This document shows positions 11,619-21,900 of a stretch of DNA of 64,000 nt, in pieces (position 1 is the stretch's first letter; every line of letters begins with the position of its first letter). Below the pieces are notes generated by a model. It saw nothing but the letters and a program-made list of their open reading frames with translations. It made no database searches and was not told where the DNA came from. Source of the stretch: Yuukianura sp. NJ FZ-2021 (Eukaryota); assembly GCA_046563655.1 (NCBI GenBank), contig CM102285.1, positions 5,580,001 to 5,644,000 on the forward strand. Direction: 5' to 3'. Made by a program: the position numbers and the translations under genes.

Positions 11619-11954
11619 TTAAAACAGTTCGCCTAGAAGCTCTCCTATAACTGGAATTGCTGCACCAAGTAACAACGGTAGGAATCCGCCTTGTTGAACA
11701 AGAAGACGACGCTTGTGATCTGCTCTTCCTCTGTGTGATATCAGACGTCTGATGTGTTCCTAATGAGGAACAAGGCGTTTTATAGCTTTGGCTGGGATCT
11801 CCAAGCGGCCGTTGTATACATTGTTAACACACTCACAAATTGCCCCAATTTGCTCAGGGCTTGCACTATGCAAATGTAAAGCCCGTTTCTTTTCAGAACG
11901 AGAATTCAAGTTTTTTAGAAAACTGAGATGCTAGTCGATTTTGCTTCTGACCAT
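11619..11954 (-). pseudogene. Small conserved Polinton protein (ICECxxN...QxGGFLP), two nonsense codons
   Basis: Translates MVRSKID*HLSFLKNL...IGAICECVNNVYNG...PH*EHIRRL...KRRLLVQQGGFLPLLLGAAIPVIGELLGELF. TAG at 11931-11933 and 11760-11762. Missing from the ORF track. Confidence 0.78.
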
Positions 11955-12019
11955 TTTGATTGCTGGAAACTGAATGATATAAATTGCACTGTGCGGTGCC
12001 CTTTTATATCACTTACACA

Positions 12020-12940
12020 ATGGATCTGAAACAACGATGGCAGGACACCTCACTGCCTGGAGGCTTCTCTGGAGCTGCTGGGTTTCAAAAAGATTCAAAA
12101 ACGAAAGCCTCTCTTCACAGAGTGAAGAAAATTTTGAAACAAATTCCAAGTTATCAGCTCCATCATCCAGTTCGATATAGATTCCCACGCCGTCGGGTAT
12201 ATGTGGGAGGTATGCATGAACAGTACTGTGCAGACTTGAAAGACATTCAAAGCATGTCAGGAGCTAATAATAAGAAGAGGTACCTGCTGGTGGTGATTGA
12301 CGCATTTTCAAAACAAGCCTGGATCGAAGCAATTCCAAACAAGACGGGGCCAGTAACTCTTGCAGCATTTGAAAAAATTTTACAACGGAGTGGTGGAAAA
12401 CCTAGATGTTTGCAAGTAGATGAAGGTTCAGAATTTTTAAATAGACACATGAAAGCTTATTTGAAGCGTGAAGATATCAAACTCTTCTGGACACATTCTC
12501 CACTAAAATGTGTTATTGTGGAGCGTTTCATTCGAACACTATTTATGAAAATTCAGCGCTACTTGACACACTACAAAACAAAAAAGTTTGTTGATAAGTT
12601 GTCAGATTTTGAGAATCTGTACAATCATGCTTATCATCGAAGTATCAAGATGGCGCCATGTGAAGTGACTAAGGGAAATGAGGATAAAGTACGCCAAAAC
12701 TTGTATCCAGAAGTAGCAGTGGACTATAAAAAGCCAAAACTCAAACCAAACGATCTCGTGCTTGTTGCCAGAATTAAAAAAACTTTTGAAAAGGGCTACT
12801 CGACAAACTATATTGACGAAGTTTATCGCATCGTAAGGATTAAAGCGACTAAACCATACGTTTACAAGTTAGAAGATCTCGAGGGCACCCCTATTCTGGG
12901 TAGTTTTTATGACAAGCCACTACTGAAATTGGACCAGTAG
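12020..12940 (+). CDS. Polinton retroviral-like (RVE) DDE integrase
   Basis: CADLKD, YLLVVIDAFSK, LQVDEGSEF, IVERFIRT, YNHAYHRSIKMAP and FEKGY motifs; no chromodomain tail. Confidence 0.93.
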   Translation: MDLKQRWQDTSLPGGFSGAAGFQKDSKTKASLHRVKKILKQIPSYQLHHPVRYRFPRRRVYVGGMHEQYCADLKDIQSMSGANNKKRYLLVVIDAFSKQAWIEAIPNKTGPVTLAAFEKILQRSGGKPRCLQVDEGSEFLNRHMKAYLKREDIKLFWTHSPLKCVIVERFIRTLFMKIQRYLTHYKTKKFVDKLSDFENLYNHAYHRSIKMAPCEVTKGNEDKVRQNLYPEVAVDYKKPKLKPNDLVLVARIKKTFEKGYSTNYIDEVYRIVRIKATKPYVYKLEDLEGTPILGSFYDKPLLKLDQ

Positions 12941-13202
12941 CTCCACAGAACTCTGCCAGAAAACATGTGTTTTTTCAAAGTTTGCGAGTACTTTTTGACC
13001 AAGATGTTTGGAAGCAAGGAAGATCCCACCATTTCCGTTTGCGACGAGAACAAGATTAGCTGCATGTGCTGCTCAACGACTGCAAGACGAGGCTCAACCA
13101 AACAACGTACTGTTTTAGTTACTGAATTGTAAAATACATTTAATTCAAGAATTTCTGAATAAATCAATTCAAAAAGCGCAAAATTTTTGTTTTAAATTTT
13201 AT

Positions 13203-14132
13203 TTAGTCGTTGACATAAACATAACAATTTTCGGGAAAAATGCTACTTCGAATTCGATAGTCGTCCTTTTGTGATTGAGTTAAATCAATGAAAAGATAGC
13301 CATAGTGTTTCGCCATGCTTTCCTTGTATGCCAGATCCATTGTCGCGTTCTTCTTTCCTCCATTTATTTGTCTTCCAAGGCAGGAAACAAAAGCCGAGTC
13401 TCGTGGATTTTTCATTAGCACCAAGTATTGGCAGTTGAGCGTGATTTCTCTCAAATTTTTGTGAAAAAAATTTTGAACCAAAATAATCAGCGACACGTTG
13501 CGGTGATGAGAAGTTCTGGTAAAGGCAGCTCCAACATCTCCCTTCTTTCCAGCTTCATGCATCAAGTCATCCAGAATCATGATCGAAGGTCGATCTGTTC
13601 CGTCATGCCACTTCTCGGGCAGCCCTTGAACAAACTGAATGCCTGGAATTTTGGTTTTTAATTCTCCAAAGAGAGCAGACTGCCATTCCGTGTAACAATA
13701 AGTTACATTCGCAATTCCGCTCGAAGTTTTTACAATTTCGTTTCTTCGAATCAGAATTTCTTTGACGAGAGTGCTCTTGCCCGTGTTTGTCATTCCACTG
13801 ACACACATTGTAAAAGGAGCCACAAGTTGCAAGTCAATATCATCACCAGACCTTGGATGCTGAAGTAAGGTGGTGGTGGTGGTGGTGGAATCCCAAGGCA
13901 TTGTGGTGGTGGTGGTGGTGGTGGAATCCCAAGGCATTGTGGTGGTGGTGGTGGTGGAATCCCAAGGCATTGTGGTGGTGGTGGTGGGGGTGGCGGCGGT
14001 GGTGGCGGCGGCGGCGGTGGTGGTGGAGTCCAACAGTAGCGCAGCAGAAAGACATTTCGAACAAGTCTTTTCGTGACGCTTTGCAGCATCTATACGTGAA
14101 AATAAGTTTCCGCAACGAGAGTAGATCCGCAT
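13203..14132 (-). CDS. A32/FtsK-like genome packaging ATPase with Thr-rich N-terminal extension
   Basis: Walker A GMTNTGKS, Walker B IMILDDLM, SHHRNVSLIILVQN, MKNPRD and YGYLFIDL motifs. Confidence 0.9.
   Translation of the reverse strand: MRIYSRCGNLFSRIDAAKRHEKTCSKCLSAALLLDSTTTAAAATTAATPTTTTTMPWDSTTTTTTMPWDSTTTTTTTMPWDSTTTTTTLLQHPRSGDDIDLQLVAPFTMCVSGMTNTGKSTLVKEILIRRNEIVKTSSGIANVTYCYTEWQSALFGELKTKIPGIQFVQGLPEKWHDGTDRPSIMILDDLMHEAGKKGDVGAAFTRTSHHRNVSLIILVQNFFHKNLREITLNCQYLVLMKNPRDSAFVSCLGRQINGGKKNATMDLAYKESMAKHYGYLFIDLTQSQKDDYRIRSSIFPENCYVYVND
13869..14028. repeat. (GGT)n microsatellite with an embedded gaatcccaaggcatt minisatellite x3, in frame in the ATPase
   Basis: Encodes (T)nMPWDS repeats. 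Confidence 0.9.
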
Positions 14133-14314
14133 GATTCAAAGAGTAAATGACGACTAAACTCGATTTTAAAATTTTCTTGATTTATATACGAATATTTGAA
14201 TTTTAAATAATACAATTAAATTTTAGTACTAATTAAATTAAAAAATAAATAAATAAATAAATAAATAAATAAAATAAAGTCAATAAATTAAATTAAAAAA
14301 TAAAATTAACTTAA

Positions 14315-14895
14315 GGACGTGTGGTATGCGTCTAATAAACAATAATCGTTAAATTTAGTAACCACGATAACCGAGTTTTTGCAGTTAGTAAAAGATGCAG
14401 ACATCGACAAAAAGAAACACCATCGTGAGTGGTGAAAAAGGATCAGTGCAAAGATGATCAAAAAAAGTATGCACTTTCAAACAAACAAAATACTGACACA
14501 AGTTCGGTTGCCGTCGTCTGGGTTTTGTCAACAATTTTTCTGAGGCTGCGACATTGAAATTGAAAAACGGTCTGGGTCAGCGTAGGAATGTCATGCAGTG
14601 ACCCACAATGTATCAAACTTTAGGAAAAGATTTGATCTAGTTTCTCGCTAAAAAAAAATTACAAAATTTTAGTTGTAACTGTAAAAAAGATGGACCCAAA
14701 CATTCCACCTCCATATTTACATAGATCGAACTAAAACTTTGTAATTTTTTTTAGCGAGAAACTAGATCAAGTCTTTTCCTAAAGTTTGATATATTGTGGG
14801 TCACTGTATGACATTCCTACGATGTCCTAGATCATTTTTCATTTTATGTGCTACAGCGGCATTTTGACCCCTAGTTTCCAGGGTGTCCGCACACC
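14315..14895. mobile_element. TTAA-flanked non-autonomous element (Kolobok-like) nested in the Polinton
   Basis: TTAA|GG...CC|TTAA; internal ~94-bp inverted repeat (14581-14674 / 14729-14821); related copy at 36701-37214. Confidence 0.7.
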
Positions 14896-14980
14896 TTAAA
14901 CAATTAAATATTAAATAAAATAAAGTAAAATTAACTTTGAAAAATTAAATAAAATAAAAACAAAAACAATTACAATTGTA

Positions 14981-15792
14981 TTAGGCTGGAATATCTTTAT
15001 GTCCAAAAGCTAAAGTGTTTACATTATCTACAGCGTATCTCTTGGTGTCCAATCCGGTGAGAGCCTTCTTCATGGTTACTTCTGTAAAAATTCGGTGTTC
15101 GACGCTTCTGAAACCACGCATGGTAACCATAGTCTGCACATTCTCCTTGAGAACTCGCTCATAGTCTTCATACTTGACCTGGCCGTTAACAGCTGTTTTT
15201 GTGATCCCCTTTGCCTTCTTGGTATACTCATCCTTCAACAGCCATTCACCATCCGGCTTCTTTTGAAATTCTCCTCCGACTTGAGCCACCTTTAAGGATC
15301 GGATAGTGTACATTTTGGGGCGGGGACAATAGACATGAGTGATCACAGCTCCAGCGGCTTCATCCTTGAATTTTCCAAGGACTTTTTTGTTTGACGGGTT
15401 ATGGAACTTTCCAAATTGTGGATGATTCTCTGGGTATTCACTCATATCGTAGAGATCCTTGCGTTCTAGCATGTCCTGATAGATGTGAGGCCACGGGTTC
15501 GATTCCCGTCTGAGCCCCCACATGTGAGGAAGCAAAAGTAAGGTTGGCAGTGTTGTCCACTGCACCATGGCTACCTCCTGGCCCACTAGAGGCGAACAAC
15601 CAGACTTTGCTTCCTCCGTGTGACTGGCCTAGCCACACACCCCACATAGACGTCATCCGTTTGAATCTGATAGATGAAGGAATCAGTATCAGTGTAAATC
15701 AGCCGGCACTTGTCGCCATATTGTGCTTGCATTCCGGCGCTGTGATGTCGGTACATGATACTCTTAGCCAAGTCCAAGATGGTGACTCCTGT
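14981..15792 (-). pseudogene. polB: Protein-primed family B DNA polymerase, C-terminal remnant
   Basis: TGVTILDLAKSIMY...LIYTDTDSF...VLGKFKDE...RPKMY...KKAKGI...DTKRY...TLAFGH. Interrupted at 15484-15646; N-terminal part absent. Confidence 0.93.
15484..15646. mobile_element. 163-bp TGT...ACA insertion, probable solo LTR, with tRNA-like B-box
   Basis: TAGA duplicated at 15480-15483 and 15647-15650. Removing it restores QTDDVYQDMLER in pPolB. Confidence 0.8.
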
Positions 15793-15927
15793 TTGATGTT
15801 GATATTTTTGTCAATGTTTTGTCGTTTTTAGATTTTGAGGGTTTTCCACTCCCCAATATTGCGCCCGACTAGCCCCTGCAGCTGAGCTAAAAATAAGTGG
15901 AGCAAAATTCCTACCCTACACTCTACT
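15792..15927 (-). repeat. Polinton right TIR (136 bp remaining)
   Basis: Matches 6303-6402 plus ~7341-7379. Confidence 0.93.
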
Positions 15928-18900
15928 AAAATATTTTTAAGTACAATGATTCCAACGCGTGGCACAAAAGTCTAAAAGTTTTGAAGGCTTTTATATAAGT
16001 TCTCCTGCTGCGTAAAATATTGGGTATGGTGTGCGAACGCTTTACGATGTCGCTGTGCTAAAATATTTTTAAGTACAATGATTCCAACGCGTGGCACAAA
16101 AGTCTAAATGTTTTGAAGGCTTTTATATAAGTTCTGCTGCTGCGTAAAATATTGGGTATGGTGTGCGAACGCTTTACGATGTCGCTGTGCTAAAATATTT
16201 TTAAGTACAATGATTCCAACGCGTGGCACAAAAGTCTAAATGTTTTGAAGGCTTTTATATAAGTTCCCCTGCTGCGTAAAATATTGGGTATGGTATGCGA
16301 ACGCTTTACGATGTCGTTGTGCGAAAATATTTTTAACTACAATGATTCCAACGCGTGGCCCAAAAATCTAAAAGTTTTGAAGGCTTTTATATAGTGAGGG
16401 GCAATAAAAAGTAGACACCCGGAAGTTGTTGCTACTGGCAACAAAGCAAACTGTCGTACATACTAGGGGGGAGTTTTTGTCAAACTAGTTTTGTTTCAAT
16501 GGCAATCTTGAGTTCAAAAGTTTTTTTTCGTGCAATTTGTCGTTAAATTTCCCCAAGAAACTGAAGAATAAACAGAATGTTATTTTTTTCGGGTGTCTAC
16601 TTTTTATTGCCCATCACTGTATAAGTTCCCCTGCTGCGTAAAATATTGGGTATGGCATTCGTAAAATATTGGGTATGGTATGCGAACGCTTTACGATGTC
16701 ACTGTACGAAAATATTTTTAAGTACAATGATTCCAACGCGTGGCACAAAAGTCTAAAAGTTTTGAAGGCTTTTATATAAGTTCTCCTGCTGCGTAAAATA
16801 TTGGGTATGGTGTGCGAACGCTTTACGATGTCGCTGTGCTAAAATATTTTTAAGTACAATGATTCCAACGCGTGGCACAAAAGTCTAAATGTTTTGAAGG
16901 CTTTTATATAAGTTCTCCTGCTGCGTAAAATATTGGGTATGGTATGCGAACGCTTTACGATGTCGTTGTGCGAAAATATTTTTAACTACAATGATTCCAA
17001 GGCGTGGCACAAAAATCTAAAAGTTTCGAAGGCTTTTATACAGTGAGGGGCAATAAAAAGTAGACACCCGGAAGTTGTTGCTACTGGCAACAAAGCAAAC
17101 TGTCGTACATACTGGGGGGAAGTTCTTGTCAAACTCAATCACAATTTTGTTTCAATGGCAATCTTGAGTTCAAAAGTTTTTTTTCGTGCAATTTGTCGTT
17201 AAGTTTCCCCCAGAAACTGAAGAATAAACAGAATGTTATTTTTTCGGGTGTCTACTTTTTATTGCCCATCACTGTATAAGTTCTCCTGCTGCGTAAAATA
17301 TTGGGTATGGCATTCGTAAAATATTGGGTATGGTATGCGAACGCTTTACGATGTCACTGTACGAAAATATTTTTAAGTACAATGATTCCAACGCGTGGCA
17401 CAAAAGTCTAAAAGTTTTGAAGGCTTTTATATAAGTTCTCCTGCTGCGTAAAATATTGGGTATGGTATGCGAACGCTTTACGATGTCACTGTACGAAAAT
17501 ATTTTTAAGTACAATGATTCCAACGCGTGGCACAAAAGTCTAAAAGTTTTGAAGGCTTTTATATAAGTTCTCCTGCTGCGTAAAATATTGGGTATGGTGT
17601 GCGAACACTTTACGATGTCGCTGTGCTAAAATATTTTTGAGTACAATGATTCCAACGCGTGGCACAAAAGTCTAAATGTTTTGAAGGCTTTTATATAAGT
17701 TCTGCTGCTGCGTAAAATATTGGGTATGGTGTGCGAACGCTTTACGATGTCGCTGTGCGAAAATATTTTTAAGTACAATGCTTCCAACGCGTGGCACAAA
17801 AGTCTAAAAGCTTTGAAGGCTTTTATATAAGTTCTCCTGCTGCGTAAAATATTGGGTATGGTATGCGAACGCTTTACGATGTCGTTGTGCGAAAATATTT
17901 TTAACTACAATGATTCCAAGGCGTGGCACAAAAATCTAAAAGTTTTGAAGGCTTTTATATAGTGAGGGGCAATAAAAAGTAGACACCCGGAAGTTGTTGC
18001 TACTGGCAACAAAGCAAACTGTCGTACATACTGGGGGGGAGTTTTGTCAAACTAATTTTGTTTCAATGGCAATCTTGAGTTCAAAAGTTTTTTTCGTGCA
18101 ATTTGTCGTTAAATTTCCCCAAGAAACTGAAGAATAAACAGAATGTTATTTTTTTCGGGTGTCTACTTTTTATTGCCCATCACTGTATAAGTTCCCCTGC
18201 TGCGTAAAATATTGGGTATGGCATTCGTAAAATATTGGGTATGGTATGCGAACGCTTTACGATGTCACTGTACGAAAATATTTTTAAGTACAATGATTCC
18301 AACGCGTGGCACAAAAGTCTAAAAGTTTTGAAGGCTTTTATATAAGTTCTCCTGCTGCGTAAAATATTGGGTATGGTGTGCGAACGCTTTACGATGTCGC
18401 TGTGCGAAAATATTTTTAAGTACAATGATTCCAACGCGTGGCACAAAAGTCTAAATGTTTTGAAGGCTTTTATATAAGTTCTCCTGCTGCGTAAAATATT
18501 GGGTATGGTATGCGAACGCTTTACGATGTCGTTGTGCGAAAATATTTTTAACTACAATGATTCCAACGCGTGGCACAAAAATCTAAAAGTTTTGAAGGCT
18601 TTTATATAGTGAGGGGCAATAAAAAGTAGACACGCGGAAGTTGTTGCTACTGGCAGCAAAGCAAACTGTCGTACATACTGGGGGGGAGTTTTTGTCAAAC
18701 TAATTTTGTTTCAATGGCAATCTTGAGTTCAAAAGTTTTTTTTCGTGCAATTTGTCGTTAAATTTCCCCAAGAAACTGAAGAATAAACAGAATGTTATTT
18801 TTTTCGGGTGTCTACTTTTTATTGCCCATCACTGTATAAGTTCTCCTGCTGCGTAAAATATTGGGTATGGCATTCGTAAAATATTGGGTATGGTATGCGA

Positions 18901-21900
18901 ACGCTTTACGATGTCACTGTACGAAAATATTTTTAAGTACAATGATTCCAACGCGTGGCACAAAAGTCTAAATGTTTTGAAGGCTTTTATATAAGTTCTC
19001 CTGCTGCGTAAAATATTGGGTATGGTATGCGAACGCTTTACGATGTCGTTGTGCGAAAATATTTTTAACTACAATGATTCCAACGCGTGGCACAAAAATC
19101 TAAAAGTTTTGAAGGCTTTTATATAGTGAGGGGCAATAAAAAGTAGACACCCGGAAGTTGTTGCTACTTGCAACAAAGCAAACTGTCGTACATACTGGGG
19201 GGGAGTTTTTGTCAAACTAATTTTGTTTCAATGGCAATCTTGAGTTCAAAAGTTTTTTCGTGCAATTTGTCGTTAAATTTCCCCAAGAAACTGAAGAATA
19301 AACAGAATGTTATTTTTTTCGGGTGTCTACTTTTTATTGCCCATCACTGTATAAGTTCTCCTGCTGCGTAAAATATTGGGTATGGCATTCGTAAAATATT
19401 GGGTATGGTATGCGAACGCTTTACGATGTCGCTGTGCGAAAATATTTTTAAGTACAATGAGTCAAACGCGTGGCACAAAAATCTCAAAATTTTCAAGGCT
19501 TTTATATAAGTTCCCCTGCTGCGTAAAATATTGGGTATGGTATGCGAACGCTTTACGATGTCGTTGTGCGAAAATATTTTTAACTACAATGATTCCAAGG
19601 CGTGGCACAAAAATCTAAAAGTTTCGAAGGCTTTTATACAGTGAGGGGCAATAAAAAGTAGACACCCGGAAGTTGTTGCTACTGGCAGCAAGGCAAACTG
19701 TCGTACATACTGGGGGGAAGTTCTTGTCAAACTCAATCACAATTTTGTTTCAATGGCAATCTTGAGTTCAAAAGTTTTTTTCGTGCAATTTGTCGTTAAG
19801 TTTCCCCGAAACTGAAGAATAAACAGAATGTTATTTTTTCGGGTGTCTACTTTTTATTGCCCATCACTGTATAAGTTCTCCTGCTGCGTAAAATATTGGG
19901 TATGGTATGCGTAAAATATTGGGTATGGTACGCGAACGCTTTACGATGTCACTGTACGAAAATATTTTTAAGTACAATGAGTCAAACGCGTGGCACAAAA
20001 ATCTCAAAATTTTCAAGGCTTTTACATAAGTTCCCCTGCTGCGTAAAATATTGGGTATGGTATGCGAACGCTTTACGATGTCGTTGTGCGAAAATATTTT
20101 TAACTACAATGATTCCAACGCGTGGCACAAAAATCTAAAAGTTTTGAAGGCTTTTATATAGTGAGGGCAATAAAAAGTAGACACCCGGAAGTTGTTGCTA
20201 CCGGCAACAAAGCAAACTGTCGTACATACTGGGGGGAAGTTTTTGTCAAACTCAATCACAATTTTGTTTCAATGGCAATCTTGAGTTCAAAAGTTTTTTT
20301 TCGTGCAATTTGTCGTTAAGTTTCCCCAAGAAACTGAAGAATAAACAGAATGTTATTTTTTCGGGTGTCTACTTTTTATTGCCCATCACTGTATAAGTTC
20401 TCCTGCTGCGTAAAATATTGGGTGTGGTATGCGTAAAATATTGGGTATGGTATGCGAACGCTTAACGATGTCACTGTACGAAAATATTTTTAAGTACAAT
20501 GCTTCCAACGCGTGGCACAAAAGTCTAAAAGCTTTGAAGGCTTTTATAGAAGTTCTCCTGCTGCGTAAAATATTGGGTATGGTATGCGAACGCTTTACGA
20601 TGTCGTTGTGCGAAAATATTTTTAACTACAATGATTCCAAGGCGTGGCACAAAAATCTAAAAGTTTCGAAGGCTTTTATACAGTGAGGGGCAATAAAAAG
20701 TAGACACCCGGAAGTTGTTGCTACTGGCAGCAAGGCAAACTGTCGTACATACTGGGGGGAAGTTCTTGTCAAACTCAATCACAATTTTGTTTCAATGGCA
20801 ATCTTGAGTTCAAAAGTTTTTTCGTGCAATTTGTCGTTAAGTTCCCCCGAAACTGAAGAATAAACAGAATGTTATTTTTTCGGGTGTCTACTTTTTATTG
20901 CCCATCACTGTGTAAGTTCTCCTGCTGCGTAAAATATTGGGTATGGTATGCGTAAAATATTGGGTATGGTACGCGAACGCTTTACGATGTCACTGTACGA
21001 AAATATTTTTAAGTACAATGAGTCAAACGCGTGGCACAAAAATCTCAAAATTTTCAAGGCTTTTACATAAGTTCCCCTGCTGCGTAAAATATTGGGTATG
21101 GTATGCGAACGCTTTACGATGTCGTTGTGCGAAAATATTTTTAACTACAATGATTCCAACGCGTGGCACAAAAATCTAAAAGTTTTGAAGGCTTTTATAT
21201 AGTGAGGGGCAATAAAAAGTAGACACCCGGAAGTTGTTGCTACCGGCAACAAAGCAAACTGTCGTACATACTGGGGGGAAGTTTTTGTCAAACTCAATCA
21301 CAATTTTGTTTCAATGGCAATCTTGAGTTCAAAAGTTTTTTTTCGTGCAATTTGTCGTTAAGTTTCCCCAAGAAACTGAAGAATAAACAGAATGTTATTT
21401 TTTCGGGTGTCTACTTTTTATTGCCCATCACTGTATAAGTTCTCCTGCTGCGTAAAATATTGGGTGTGGTATGCGTAAAATATTGGGTATGGTATGCGTA
21501 AAATATTGGGTATGGTATGCGAACGCTTTACGATGTCACTGTACGAAAATATTGTTAAGTACAATGCTTCCAACGCGTGGCACAAAAGTCTAAAAGCTTT
21601 GAAGGCTTTTATATAAGTTCTCCTGCTGCGTAAAATATTGGGTATGGTATGCGAACGCTTTACGATGTCGTTGTGCGAAAATATTTTTAACTACAATGAT
21701 TCCAAGGCGTGGCACAAAAATCTAAAAGTTTCGAAGGCTTTTATACAGTGAGGGGCAATAAAAAGTAGACACCCGGAAGTTGTTGCTACTGGCAAAAAGC
21801 AAACTGTCGTACATACTGGGGGGAAGTTCTTGTCAAACTCAATCACAATTTTGTTTCAATGGCAATCTTGAGTTCAAAAGTTTTTTTTCGTGCAATTTGT

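Larger units (their letters stand above)
6303..15927. mobile_element. Polinton/Maverick (adintovirus-like endogenous viral element), defective
   Basis: AGTAG...CTACT ends, identical TIRs, AAAAT duplicated at 6298-6302 and 15928-15932. Hallmark genes: integrase, pPolB, ATPase, protease, major and minor capsid. Confidence 0.96.

Noticed and set aside
12907..13167. Small ORFs between integrase and ATPase
   Set aside because: Competing short frames on both strands with no recognisable motif.
13790..14139. Poly-Pro, poly-His, poly-Trp and poly-Val ORFs
   Set aside because: Alternative frames of the (GGT)n tract inside the ATPase gene.
15490..15535. tRNA gene
   Set aside because: Only a T-arm-like hairpin is present, with no A-box or cloverleaf, and it lies inside a TSD-flanked insertion.
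15438..15656. Self-splicing intron or intein in pPolB
   Set aside because: The 163-bp insert plus 4-bp duplication shifts the frame and has transposon-type ends.
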